Shown piece after piece: positions 48,251 through 64,000 of a stretch of DNA of 64,000 bases (the stretch's first letter is position 1; the number at the start of each line of letters is the position of its first letter). A model generated the notes under the pieces. It made no database searches and was not told the origin of the DNA. It saw only the letters and a list, made by a program, of their open reading frames with translations. A program made the translations under genes and the position numbers. This stretch comes from Macrostomum lignano (taxonomy: Eukaryota), in assembly GCA_002269645.1 (NCBI GenBank), contig NIVC01000860.1:362462-426461 (forward strand). Direction: 5' to 3'.

Positions 48251-48704
48251 TAGGTATGAAGAAGTAGAGTGGGAGATCAAACAGGAATATGAAGGCAATG
48301 GCGGTGAGAACGAGATGCAAAGGAAGATGGTCCCAAGGCACACAGAAAGGAGAGGCAATTAGGCAGCAGGATTACAGGGTAGACTCAGGACTAAGCGAGT
48401 AAGACGACAACCAGCCCGCGGCTGAGCGCTAATGATAACCCAGAGCTGCCGCGCAGGCCAACAGGTAAAGCAGCTCATCCACAGGCAGTGGAATGGATTG
48501 CAAAACCTTATTAAACAGAAAGCATTCACGCTAAAAGAAGGAAAGGAAAGACAGCCAAAAAACCTGTGCAACTGTCCCTATTTTTAGCAGCAGGTATCTA
48601 GAGATCTACGTGCCTTTCTCTACTGATTAGTAAATTTCCATTTTTAATTTGTGGGAAAATTAGGCATCACAAGCACGGAAGCTTTAGCTATCAGTGCTAG
48701 CCTG

Positions 48705-49505
48705 TTAGACACGATCTGTTCGACACGATATGTTAGACACGATCTGTTAGACACGATCTGTTAGACACGATCTGTTAGACACGGTTTTTTGAGACACGAG
48801 CTCAAATGAATCTATTGGACACGAACTTGTTAGAATCTGTAAAGCACGATCCGTTAGACACGATCTGTTAGACACGATATGTTAGACACGATCTGTTAGA
48901 CACAATTTTTAGACACGATGTGTTAGACACGATCCGTTAGACACGATTTTTTAGACACTATGTGTTAGACACGATCTGTCAGACACGATCTGTTAGACAC
49001 GATCTGTTAGACACGATCTGTTAGACACGATCTGTTAGACACGATCTGTTAGACACGATATGTTAGACACGATCTGTTAGACACAATTTTTAGACACGAT
49101 GTGTTAGACACGATCCGTTAGACACGATTTTTTAGACACTATGTGTTAGACACGATCTGTCAGACACGATCTGTTAGACACGATCTGTTAGACACGATCT
49201 GTTAGACACGATCTGTTAGACACGATCTGTTAGACACGATCTGTTAGACACGATCTGTTAGACACGATCTGTTAGACACGATCTGTTAGACACGATCTGT
49301 TAGACAGGATTTGTTTGACGCGATCTGTTAGACACGATCTGTTAGACACGATCTGTTAGACACGATCTGTTAGACACGATCTGTTAGACACGATCTGTTA
49401 GACACGATCTGTTTGACGCGATCTGTTAGACACGATCTGTTAGACACGATCTGTTAGACACGATCTGTTAGACACGATCTGTTAGACACGATCTGTTAGA
49501 CACAA
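48705..49505. repeat. 14-bp minisatellite TTAGACACGATCTG
   Basis: Tandem units. Confidence 0.95.
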
Positions 49506-50987
49506 GCTCATATGAATCTGTCAGAAACAATCTGTTAAACACGTGTTCTAGAACCTGTTAGGCACAAGCTTCCGAAACCTGTTAGACTTTCCCTTTAGAA
49601 CTTCCCTTAACCTGTTCGACGCAGGTTCGCTAACTATAACAGACGCAGCTCAAAGCAGACCCAAGCAGATATTTATACAGAAGCAATACATAAGAAGCTC
49701 CCAGTTGAAACAGTTACTAAGCAGCGTAGACACTTCGTACCTTCGGCGTCGACTTACCTGCAGAAGGCTTAAGGAATTCCTTCTGGGGGCCGAGGTGCAG
49801 GACTCGAAGCTCGGGAGCTCGGGAAGGGAAGGGTTCGTTGTGGGGGGGGGGGGGGGGCGAGACTCGGAGCAAATTGGAAAGGAAGGCGAGAGCAGTCTTT
49901 GCAAAAGGAGGAAATTAGGCAGAAGCCTCGAGCCCGTTCGCCCGTCTCCCTCTGCTCAAAAAGACGCCGAGAGCTTGCCGCAGGGGAGGAGAGAGCAGCC
50001 CTGCCTAGCAACTGAAGAAAAATATACATTTTAAAGAAAGAAATCTTGAGCAGACTCGTTTTCAGTTTTTGTCCCGCAGCCTTTTCATCCCATATGTAAC
50101 CGTAATACTTGGATACATCCTTTCAACCAGATTGTCCCTGCCTCTCTAACCTACCGTGCATCCTCGAACCCAGACCTGTAACAATAACAAACTAGGCCTT
50201 GAAGATGGGCAAGCTTTGCTGAGATAAAAATTCAGGTGAGTTCAATTTCGCACATCTACTAAGATTTTGTGCATACAACTGGGGCCATAGCAACCAGGGT
50301 AAAATTTTTGCTGCAATCATTATCTCAACCCATTTGACTTCCGAATCCCAAATGAAGCGAGCACGTGTTTTTTTCCGAGGTGCACTCAAGCTAAAGTCTT
50401 TATGAAATGCTTGATGAAGAGCTGCTCCTGTCTCCTAAGTGTGTCTTTCTCGACCGCGGATTCAGCTAAATGACGATATTCCCTTGCTTCATCCGGAATT
50501 CAAAAGTACAAACAGTCAGATACTAAAGTAGACATTAGGCTTTAGAGTAAGATTGGTGAGATGTCGGAGATTTAGCGCTCTGAAGAAAAACCGAAAAACC
50601 TGCATCCTTCTGCTCCAGCTGACCCAGTTGTCTCAGTACCGGTCGTGAGAAATCCGTGATATTTTATAATTACAGCCTGAGAACAAGGTTACTCATGATT
50701 AATAAAAGCTCCGCTTCTCAAGGTCTCGAGTTCCATTCGAGTGGGAATGCTCCAGTGGATTAGGAAAAGTTTAGTCAAGCGTAGAAGTGTGACTTCGGGA
50801 TTAGGGAACGTGCCGAAAGTAGAAAATCTCGAACACCAGCTGCGGTTGATGCGGAGGAGGCCATGGGGGCGCCAAAATCTTTGATTTTATAACATCACAA
50901 ACGCTCTAAACTCATGAAATTCAATTTTCTGCAGGCATTCCAAAATAAAAAAATCAAAACTCGAAACAGCAATCGAATTACGTTGCT

Positions 50988-56346
<5,359 letters not shown>

Positions 56347-56364
56347 GTGCGGAGTGGCATGGGA

Positions 56365-56949
56365 GGGAGGAGGGAGCGGAGAGGGGAGCGGAGAGGGGAG
56401 CGGAGAGGGGAGCGGAGAGGGGAGCGGAGAGGGGAGCGGAGAGGGGAGCGGAGAGGGGAGCGGAGAGGGGAGCGGAGAGGGGAGCGGAGAGGGGAGCGGA
56501 GAGGGGAGCGGAGAGGGGAGCGCAGAGGGAGCGCAGAGGGGAGCGGAGAGGGGAGCGGAGAGGGGAGCGGAGAGAGGAGCGGAGAGGGGAGCGGAGAGGG
56601 GAGCGGAGAGGGAGCGGAGAGGGGAGCGGAGAGGGGAGCGGATATGAGGGAAGAGAAAGGAGCTGAAAAGGGAGCGGAGACGGGAACGGAAACGGGAGGA
56701 GAGAGAGGGGAACTGGGAGGAGAACTGAGAGGGGAAGTGAGAGGGGAAGTGACAGGGGAAGTGACAGGGGAAGTGACAGGGGAAGTGACAGGGGAAGTGA
56801 GAGGGGAAGTGACAGGGGAAGTGAGAGGGGAAGTGAGAGGGTGAGTGACAGGGGAAGTGAGAGGGGAAGTGAGAGGGTAAGTGAGAGGGGAAGTGAGAGG
56901 GTAAGTGAGAGGGGAAGTGAGAGGGGAAGTGACAGGGGAAGTGACAGGG
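56365..56949. repeat. 12-bp purine-rich minisatellites GAGAGGGGAGCG and GAGGGGAAGTGA
   Basis: Tandem units; interrupted at 56950 by the LTR. Confidence 0.92.
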
Positions 56950-58024
56950 TGTAGAGTGTTCTACCTCCCGTAAGAAGACATAAAAGTGTTAATGTACTAC
57001 TCACACATTTTATTTAGTAGTAAATTGAAGAGCATGAATAAAGGTATGCTTTGAACTATAAGTATATTCGGACTAACCAATAGGAAGAGAGAGACCTCGA
57101 GCATGCTAATTTTAGAAATCACCCAATCACGTGCGACCAACAACTGTCAATTCAAACCCCACCTTCAAGTCATCATTTTGTTTGCACTCGGGTTGCACCC
57201 GGATGAACCAATCAAAGTCTACCAGCTACGGTAACCAATCATGCGCTTTTACAGTAGACTAGTTGCGCAACTTTCTACCCTGTCATGCTTGACAGCCACC
57301 GAATCGTGACCCTTTGACATTTGCGAAGACAGTGATGTACGACCTCGAGAGAGGTCTGAACGCCTATAAATACAAGTGGTCCGGAACGGACCCGGAGCCA
57401 CAGAATCTCCAAGAGAGAGAAGCTCCGAAGAGGAAGCTCTAGTGAAGCCTTCCTGAAGAAACTCGCGTCGTGGACGAGTTCTTGCGGTAAGCCTTACTCA
57501 TTTGCGCCCGTTGGTTGAGACGTCTCGCTCAAGTCTATTGAGACTTGAGTTTATTTGAGTCTGCTGAGACTCTTGAGTCTGTTTAGACTCCACTGGTTGC
57601 AGTCTCCATAAGGACTGCCCCTGATAGATCTTAGAAGACTATCAGTGGTTTCCGGAGCCATACCTAGAGTGCATAGAGGCACTACTAGAAGGAGTAGGCT
57701 TATATTAAACCGCAGTTTGGCGCAGGGATCCCCATTGTTAATTTGGAAGCTTCCGATTGGTCCGAACTACAGATACCGGCCGGCAAGAAGTCAGAGGACA
57801 AAGGAGATAACGGACCAGATCAACTGTTACCAGGCGCCTAAACTTCCTGAAGGACAGGAAAGTTACTGATCGCGATACTACGGACGAGGATTATTACGAG
57901 AGCTCTCATTTAAGGACTCAAAGGTAATTGAATACCTTCATTTGATTACTGGGTTGCCTAGCTACAGAGCTAGAAGTGATTGTTCCTTGATTACAGTTGA
58001 GGACTGGTAATAAGGAACACATCA
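56950..58024 (+). repeat. 5' LTR (about 1075 bp, TG...CA)
   Basis: Begins TGTAGAG at the abrupt end of the minisatellite and ends ACACATCA 2 nt before a TGG-starting PBS. An alternative end at 57644 is less well supported. The partner LTR is not in the window. Confidence 0.65.
57077..57372 (+). promoter_or_regulatory. LTR U3 promoter: four CCAAT boxes and a TATA box
   Basis: CCAAT at 57077, 57123, 57208 and 57235; TATAAATA at 57365-57372. Confidence 0.65.
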
Positions 58025-58026
58025 AT

Positions 58027-58040
58027 TGGTGATCTCGCCC
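58027..58040 (+). other. Primer-binding site TGGTGATCTCGCCC
   Basis: Complementary to a tRNA 3' end ...GGGCGAGATCA-CCA, which resembles tRNA-Val 3' ends by analogy; tRNA identity not verified. Confidence 0.6.
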
Positions 58041-58718
58041 TCTCGGCACTACTCAAACTTTTGAGTAATAGCCTGGCCAAGCTATTGTAAAGTGACGAAA
58101 GAGCGACTTCATTAATTTTGCGCGCACGTGTTAAAGGTAACACTTTTCGACACTTTTCGATTTTTGTACGATTTGAAACTCGAGTAAAAGTTTAGATATA
58201 CAGGCTTGAGTACCTGTCAATTTTGAGTAACGTTTGAGCACGCGTGTTAAATTTTTGTTTTTAACGAGCTCGAGCAAGAGTAAACCTTAAACAAAACCGA
58301 AAACAACGTCCGGTACACTGAAAACAAACCGAAAAATAATCAATACACACTAAAACAAAACCGAAATTAAAAACACTTGACGAAAGCTAAAACAAACCGA
58401 AATTTGATAAAACGTGACAAGGCACGTCACGAAGACAAGAAAGGCCTTTGAAAAAAGCAAGAAGCAGCTGCACTTCAAGCACTTTAAAGATACACTTTGC
58501 GGACGCCGCATAAGTGCGAAAATCAGCCAGCGAATAAGAGGTCCGAAAAAGCAGCCAAAAGCCGAATTCCGTTCAAGGTCAGACATAACAAATTGAGGTG
58601 TCAAAAGCGCGCGAGACAATCAGTTACAACCGAAGTTTATTTCGAAAGAAACACCACACTGGAAGATCCATTACAAATCGACCCAGACCTAGAGCTACCG
58701 TTCTATCCCATCAACAAC

Positions 58719-59700
58719 ATGGCGCGGCGCAATCCAACGGTGCACAGAGATATCAAAGAGACAGTTGGCACCTTTTCTATGGAAAAGACTTTAACACCTT
58801 TGTTGATCATTTTGACCTGGTATGTAGGGAATACAACCTACAAAATCCAGAAAAAGCGCAACTGTTGCCACCACTCCTCCAAGGCACTGCACGAGAGATT
58901 TATGGTAAACTAGATGCGGCAACACAGCAAAACTACCCAGCATTAATCATTCAACTGCGCGCGCATTTCAACCGCTGTGGCACAAACAGATCAGTGCTAC
59001 TGCACAAGTTGCATAACAGAAGGATGCAGCCAACCGAATCCTTCCTGACCTTTGTGGACGACATCCGTCAGATAATTAAGGCACTGCATCAGCCAACACT
59101 GCCAGCTGCAGACCAACCACCTCTGGGTGCGGCAGAATTAGCCGCTAGAGAGCGACAGCGATTGATGGATCGCGAACAAAATCTGATTCTGCACGTAATA
59201 AACAATGCACAGCCGTCACTCCGAGATAGACTTCTACGCGAAAACATTGAAACCGAGGAAGACCTTTTACGGTGCGGAATGCAGTGGGAAGCAAGCGCTC
59301 CACTAATGACAACCGGCAACACAGAAGTGCAGAAATGACACAGCAACTAAACAAACTGATGCAACATCAAACAGCCGTTATCGCCGAACAAAAAAGACGA
59401 AATGAACGAGCCCAAGCCAGATGCTATTACTGTGGACGAGAAGGACACTACCAAATTAATTGTCCTCATCGGTCAACAAGAAATGATATGCCGCGACAGC
59501 CATTCAACAGACGGAAGCCGCAAAAACCATGGCAACAGCATCAAAATTGGCAGCAGCAAAACACGAAACGCTTAGGAAACAATGGCTACAGACCGCGAAA
59601 CACCAGATACATGCCCAAGCAACCAACGCAAGCGATGCAACGATATGCAAACGCCATCACGTACACACCGGAAAGCGAACAGCAAGAGCAGCAAGTCTTC
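58719..59700 (+). CDS. gag: Gag (capsid-like region plus CCHC zinc knuckle), with frameshifts near 58775 and about 59310
   Basis: MARRNPTVHRDIKETVGTF / GKDFNTFVDHFDLVC..KAQLLPPLLQGTAREIY..NYPALIIQLRAHF..LHNRRMQPTESFLTFVDDIR; CYYCGREGHYQINC at 59422-59463. Confidence 0.85.
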
Positions 59701-60351
59701 ACGATAGACGACTTGGAAATGGACTTCACTATCAATGAAATCGACTGGCTCGATGTGGAGAGCAGCGAAAAGACAAAAAACATCAGCATGGTCGAAATGA
59801 AAGAAACTAACATTGACAGCGAAGAAGAAAAGACAGAAGTGAGCACAGAAAAAACATTGCCAAGCGACATCAGTGAAAGAAAAGAAGAAACAAACAAAGG
59901 CAACGACAAAGAACTGGCAACGAAGGATGACAACGAAAGAAGCAACGACGGAAATGCAGAGATGGAAGAAGAACAGCAAGAAGAAAGCAGCGATCACGAT
60001 TATGAGATGCACAATGATGCTGATGACAACCGAGCCGCCGACAAAGAACATGAAGACGGAAGGCACAAAGGAATGGAAGAAAGAAATCTAAGCTCCGACA
60101 GCGATCAATGCTACGAGATCCGCTATAAACGAAATGGTGAAGCCTACATCCAAACGGTCGACTACAAGGCCGAAGTGAGGTACCGCAGACAATGGAGTGA
60201 CACAACTACAACATCGGAAGAAAGCAAGGAAGAAAATGATGAAGACGACAAGCAGCGGAACGAATCGGATGCCTTGCGCTCGGAAACGCCAATGGAACAA
60301 GAGGAAGAATACGATGCGGACGCAGAAGATAACGAATGGCAGCCGCAGCCA

Positions 60352-62298
60352 ATGCCAGCAAAGACAACGGCAACGTTCAGAAAATGGCGATTCTGGATAT
60401 TCTGGATCATCATAATACTACTGACGGCAGTAGTCACCAAAGCAACAGCAATGGAGAAACCAATGATATGTCCAACGGATGCGCATATCCAACCGATGAT
60501 CTACAAGATACCAACCGACATCAAATGCAGCTACTTCAAGACAAATCAGACGAAGCCAAAGAAGATCACAATTGATCTCTACAAAGCTAACATCAAGAAG
60601 CATCGACAACTCGGAATAGTGTGCTTTAGAGACAAGCACCTAGTGGAAAAAGTTTGGCGAGGACAGTGGAACAGAATTCGATTTTGGCAACACGAACTAC
60701 ATGTGTCGCACGCTGAATGTCTACAATGGAACCAAACACTGTTCTCAAAGGATGGTCAGCTAGAACCGGATGAGAAAGTGGGGGAGGCACAACTTTACCG
60801 AACGAAGAACTCAGCAAACGGACGATATGTACACTTTTCGGAAGCATGGACTAACTACATGACACGAAACAGTTACCTAATCAGGAATATTCCATTCTAC
60901 CACAATCCTTTTGAAAAAATGGAGTCGCTACAACTGCAATTAAGTGACTGCCGATACAGCAAAGGATGGTGTCCAACGCCGATACTGCGGAATGAGGAAC
61001 TATACAGCTTACCGTTGAGTCCAACATATCATCAAGACTATCGATGGCAAATTATACGCAGAGGCGACTCACGATATGAAGAACCATCTAAGTCACGACA
61101 ATACTTCTTCGCGTGGGAAGTTGAGCCGGAAATTGACTGCAAGCTTCAAAAGTATCACACAGTTGAAGGAGGTCTACTGTCAAACACGTTTTTGGCAAAG
61201 TCAGGAGACTTGGCACTGACGTTTCAAAAGAAACCAGTCGAGCAAAAACTGAAATGCAAGGATACAGACAAGACACTATTCATCTCGGAACAAGAGATAC
61301 CAGTCTACGTAAAAGAGACGACAAACAAACCTTTCTGGCGATCATCAACGGAACGTATCAACAGCAGGAACAACAGAACAGACGACGACGAGACATCGAA
61401 CGTCCCAAACTGGTGTCAAACCGACTACTGTCAGCAAAGATAACGGCTTTGGATCAAATCTACACAACCAGTTAAACCACTTGCATCGAACACTGGTCCA
61501 GCTAACTTGCAAAATGCACGCAATCAACTTAAATTATGCCAGACAAAACTACTATGTCAACCCTACGATGACTTTTCGTAAAATCACCGGAATGACGAAC
61601 GTTTTGGCAGTTCCAATATACGAGCATCTGTTGATATACAAGTGCACGCCGATACAGCACTTTAACATCTTGCCGTCGAACACGTCAACAACCTGCTACG
61701 ATAAGCCAAGGATTGAAGCGTTCTACGAAGGAAAACGAATTCAAGGATTCTTGGACACGGTACACAACATCATCGTTGGCACCGCAATACGAGACCTTGC
61801 ACCACGGCAGCAAACTACTATCAACTGGACAATGCACTACACGTCATCAAAACAACTGGAACGACAGCAAACATCACAGAACCGGAAGTAATCGTCGACG
61901 AAAACTACGACATGGAGGATTTGAAAATCCGATTCAACAGAACGAAGTATACGCCATTCGCCGATATCCAACTTGACGAGATAACACCAGGATGGACGAT
62001 CAACGACTTCTTGCAAGCGTTCATCACCCAACGCAAGATGATTCACCAGCTGTTCACAAGAAAGGACAAAGGAACCGGGACAGGAAGATTTCCCGTCCTT
62101 GTTTCAATGGACAGCGCCATCAAATCATTTTGGACAAACAGCTTCTGGGAGCTGCTCAATGGAAGAGGCAGTCTCTATCAAGGATTCATCTTCTACGGTG
62201 CTTGCATTGTGTGGATTGTCACGGCAATCTTCATCATTTCGTCGATCGTACGGTGCTTCAGTCAAACTTGTCCAAGAGCTAAGAAGACAGTAATGCCA
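60352..62298 (+). CDS. env: Env-like type I membrane glycoprotein, probably class III viral fusogen-like; frameshifted near 61330, 61470 and 61795
   Basis: Signal-like MPAKTTATFRKWRFWIFWIIIILLTAVVTKATA; Cys-rich ectodomain including DCRYSKGWCP and TCYDKP; several N-x-S/T sequons; polybasic RRRR at 61380-61391; TM segment FIFYGACIVWIVTAIFIISSIV at about 62184-62250. Confidence 0.8.
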
Positions 62299-62521
62299 TA
62301 ATGCAAAGAACGACAACGGAAGGCGACAACAGTTTAGAACTAACAGAAACTGCACATCGTGAGGTTCAAGGGCAACCGACACTAGCAACGCGGCTATATC
62401 CATCGATTCCGACAACACCAACGGCACCAAGAATACAACCACCAACTATCAAGCAGAACAGCAAGACCCAAAATGGCCAGAGAACTACGTATGTACTCTA
62501 CACGCCGAAATTGGCAAAGCA

Positions 62522-64000
62522 ATGGCTCAAGTGGTAATCAACAATCTACCATGTCGAGCGCTACTCGACTCCGGCAGCTCCATCACAGTTATATCAAAAC
62601 AACTGTGCAACAAGCTACGACTTGCTCTACGGCCAGCAACAATCGCAGTTGCAGGAGCAGGAGGACATTCGCTAAACATTCTGGGAAAAGCCGACATTGA
62701 TTTAAGAATCGCTAATAAACATTTGACAGTTCCAACGTACGTCATCGACAGACTCCCAAACCAGGACGTTATTGTTGGCATCGACACGTTCAAGCAGCTT
62801 CGACTACCATTGACCTTCGACTTCAATAAGCAAACGTTCAAGATCGACTCGGTAGAACAACCATTGATCAACCAGATCTCGAGTACTACCAAAAGTAACA
62901 TTGCAACAAGATGTCTCATCCAACCGGAGAGCGCCTGCTGGATAAAGGCAAAGGCAACTAACGCAACGGAGGAAGCAATGATATTCGACCCAAACAGAAG
63001 AGTCACGGCTAAACACCAAATTATAATGCCTACGGCACTAGTGCTGGTTGCAAAAGATAAACAGCTGCCAGTACAAATATTCAACCCGAACACAGAAACG
63101 GTTCATCTACGACAAGGAATGTGCATCGGTCATCTCAACACCCAAGCATCGGTTATGCTGATTGAGCAAGCGACTCCACGACTAACAGAGGAAGAATTTC
63201 AAAAGAAGATCAATTTGGATGACAGCCCGATTACGGAACAGCAAAAGAGGAAAGTTCGACAGCTGTTGTGGAAGTACAACGACGCTTTCTGCCACCATGA
63301 CTACGACATCGGACGAGCAAGGACATCAAACAGGAAATCAAACTTCTGCCGCACACGGAACCAATTCAGTGCAAACCGTACCCGATCGCCAAGCATCTGC
63401 AACAGCACTTCGATGAGATTATCGACAAAATGCTGAAACACGGCATCATCAGCAAAGCCATTTCAGCATACTCCATCACCATGTCTCTTGGTGCAAAAGA
63501 AGGAGACTAACGAAAGACGACTCGTATGTGACTTCAGACTACTGAACAAGTACATACCGACGGATCAGCAAAGCCTACGAAGATCTCCGAACTACTAGCA
63601 AAGCTCAACACGGCAAAATTGTTCACAGTGTTCGACCTACGTCATGGATTTTGGCAAATTGAAATCGAGAAAGAGTCACGACAGTACACGGCTTTAAAAC
63701 CTACAATGGACAAGTATACGAGTACAATCGATCGCCGATGGGACTCAGCAACAGCCCAGCAACGATGCCGACTAACAGCATACATGCTTGCAGGATGCAC
63801 GAACCTGTTGCACTATGTTGACGACATCTTGGCCTACGGAGAAGACTTCAACGACTCTATGAAGCTACGGAGAAGGCCCTAGCGCTCATTCAACGCCAAG
63901 GTCTTAAGCTGCAACCGACGATGCAAATTTCTTCCGAGACAACGTACGTTACCTAGGACACCAAGTGACAGCCAAAGGATTCTCACCGACCCAGACAACG
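62522..64000 (+). CDS. pol: Pol: aspartic protease and reverse transcriptase (partial, frameshifted)
   Basis: RALLDSGSSITVIS (DSG at 62567), VIVGIDTF flap-distal motif, EPIQCKPYP, RLVCDFRLLN, FDLRHGFWQI, YVDD at 63814-63825. Confidence 0.93.

Larger units (their letters stand above)
56950..64000 (+). mobile_element. Ty3/Gypsy-type LTR retrotransposon with env-like glycoprotein between gag and pol; 3' part outside window
   Basis: 5' LTR, PBS, Gag with CCHC knuckle, glycoprotein, aspartic protease (LLDSGS) and RT (RLVCDFR.LN, DLRHGFWQI, PMGLSNSPA, YVDDI). Protease directly followed by RT excludes Copia; motif wording fits Ty3/Gypsy. Confidence 0.92.

Noticed and set aside
57644-57660. Alternative LTR end and PBS (ATCA-G-TGGTTTCCGG)
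   Set aside because: Poorer match to any tRNA 3' end I can recall than 58027-58040, and the following sequence still looks LTR-like. Not fully excluded without the 3' LTR.
59089-63093. Antisense ORFs over gag, env and pol
   Set aside because: Shadow ORFs of an A-rich coding strand, with no recognisable motifs.

Overview
Eukaryotic (animal) genomic DNA with spliceosomal introns and very dense mini/microsatellites. The architecture (a different tandem repeat in almost every intron, poly-Ala/Gln-rich exons) suggests a free-living flatworm such as Macrostomum, but this is inference. Host genes reconstructed by hand from GT-AG boundaries and phase continuity: (1) a minus-strand Ala/Gln/His-rich putative regulator running off the left edge, with a 10-nt microexon; (2) a small uncharacterised minus-strand gene at about 19.9-21.8 kb; (3) a complete 10-exon PDS5 cohesin regulator (25036-38244, minus, about 1527 aa); (4) a partial Ca2+/calmodulin-dependent phosphodiesterase PDE1 (50988-56346, plus). 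The right end is a Ty3/Gypsy-type LTR retrotransposon inserted in a PDE1 intron. Its gene order is gag - env-like glycoprotein - protease - RT, not the canonical gag-pol-env, and the Gag zinc knuckle and glycoprotein share one open frame. This is the most striking element in the window. Also present: nested DNA transposons with clear TSDs, tRNA-derived SINEs, a non-LTR 3' fragment, a sharply bounded 5-kb CpG-depleted, C-to-T-biased domain, two large inverted minisatellite arrays, and a 63-bp tandem ORF whose recurrent variants are synonymous. All coordinates and counts were read by eye; repeat boundaries are approximate.
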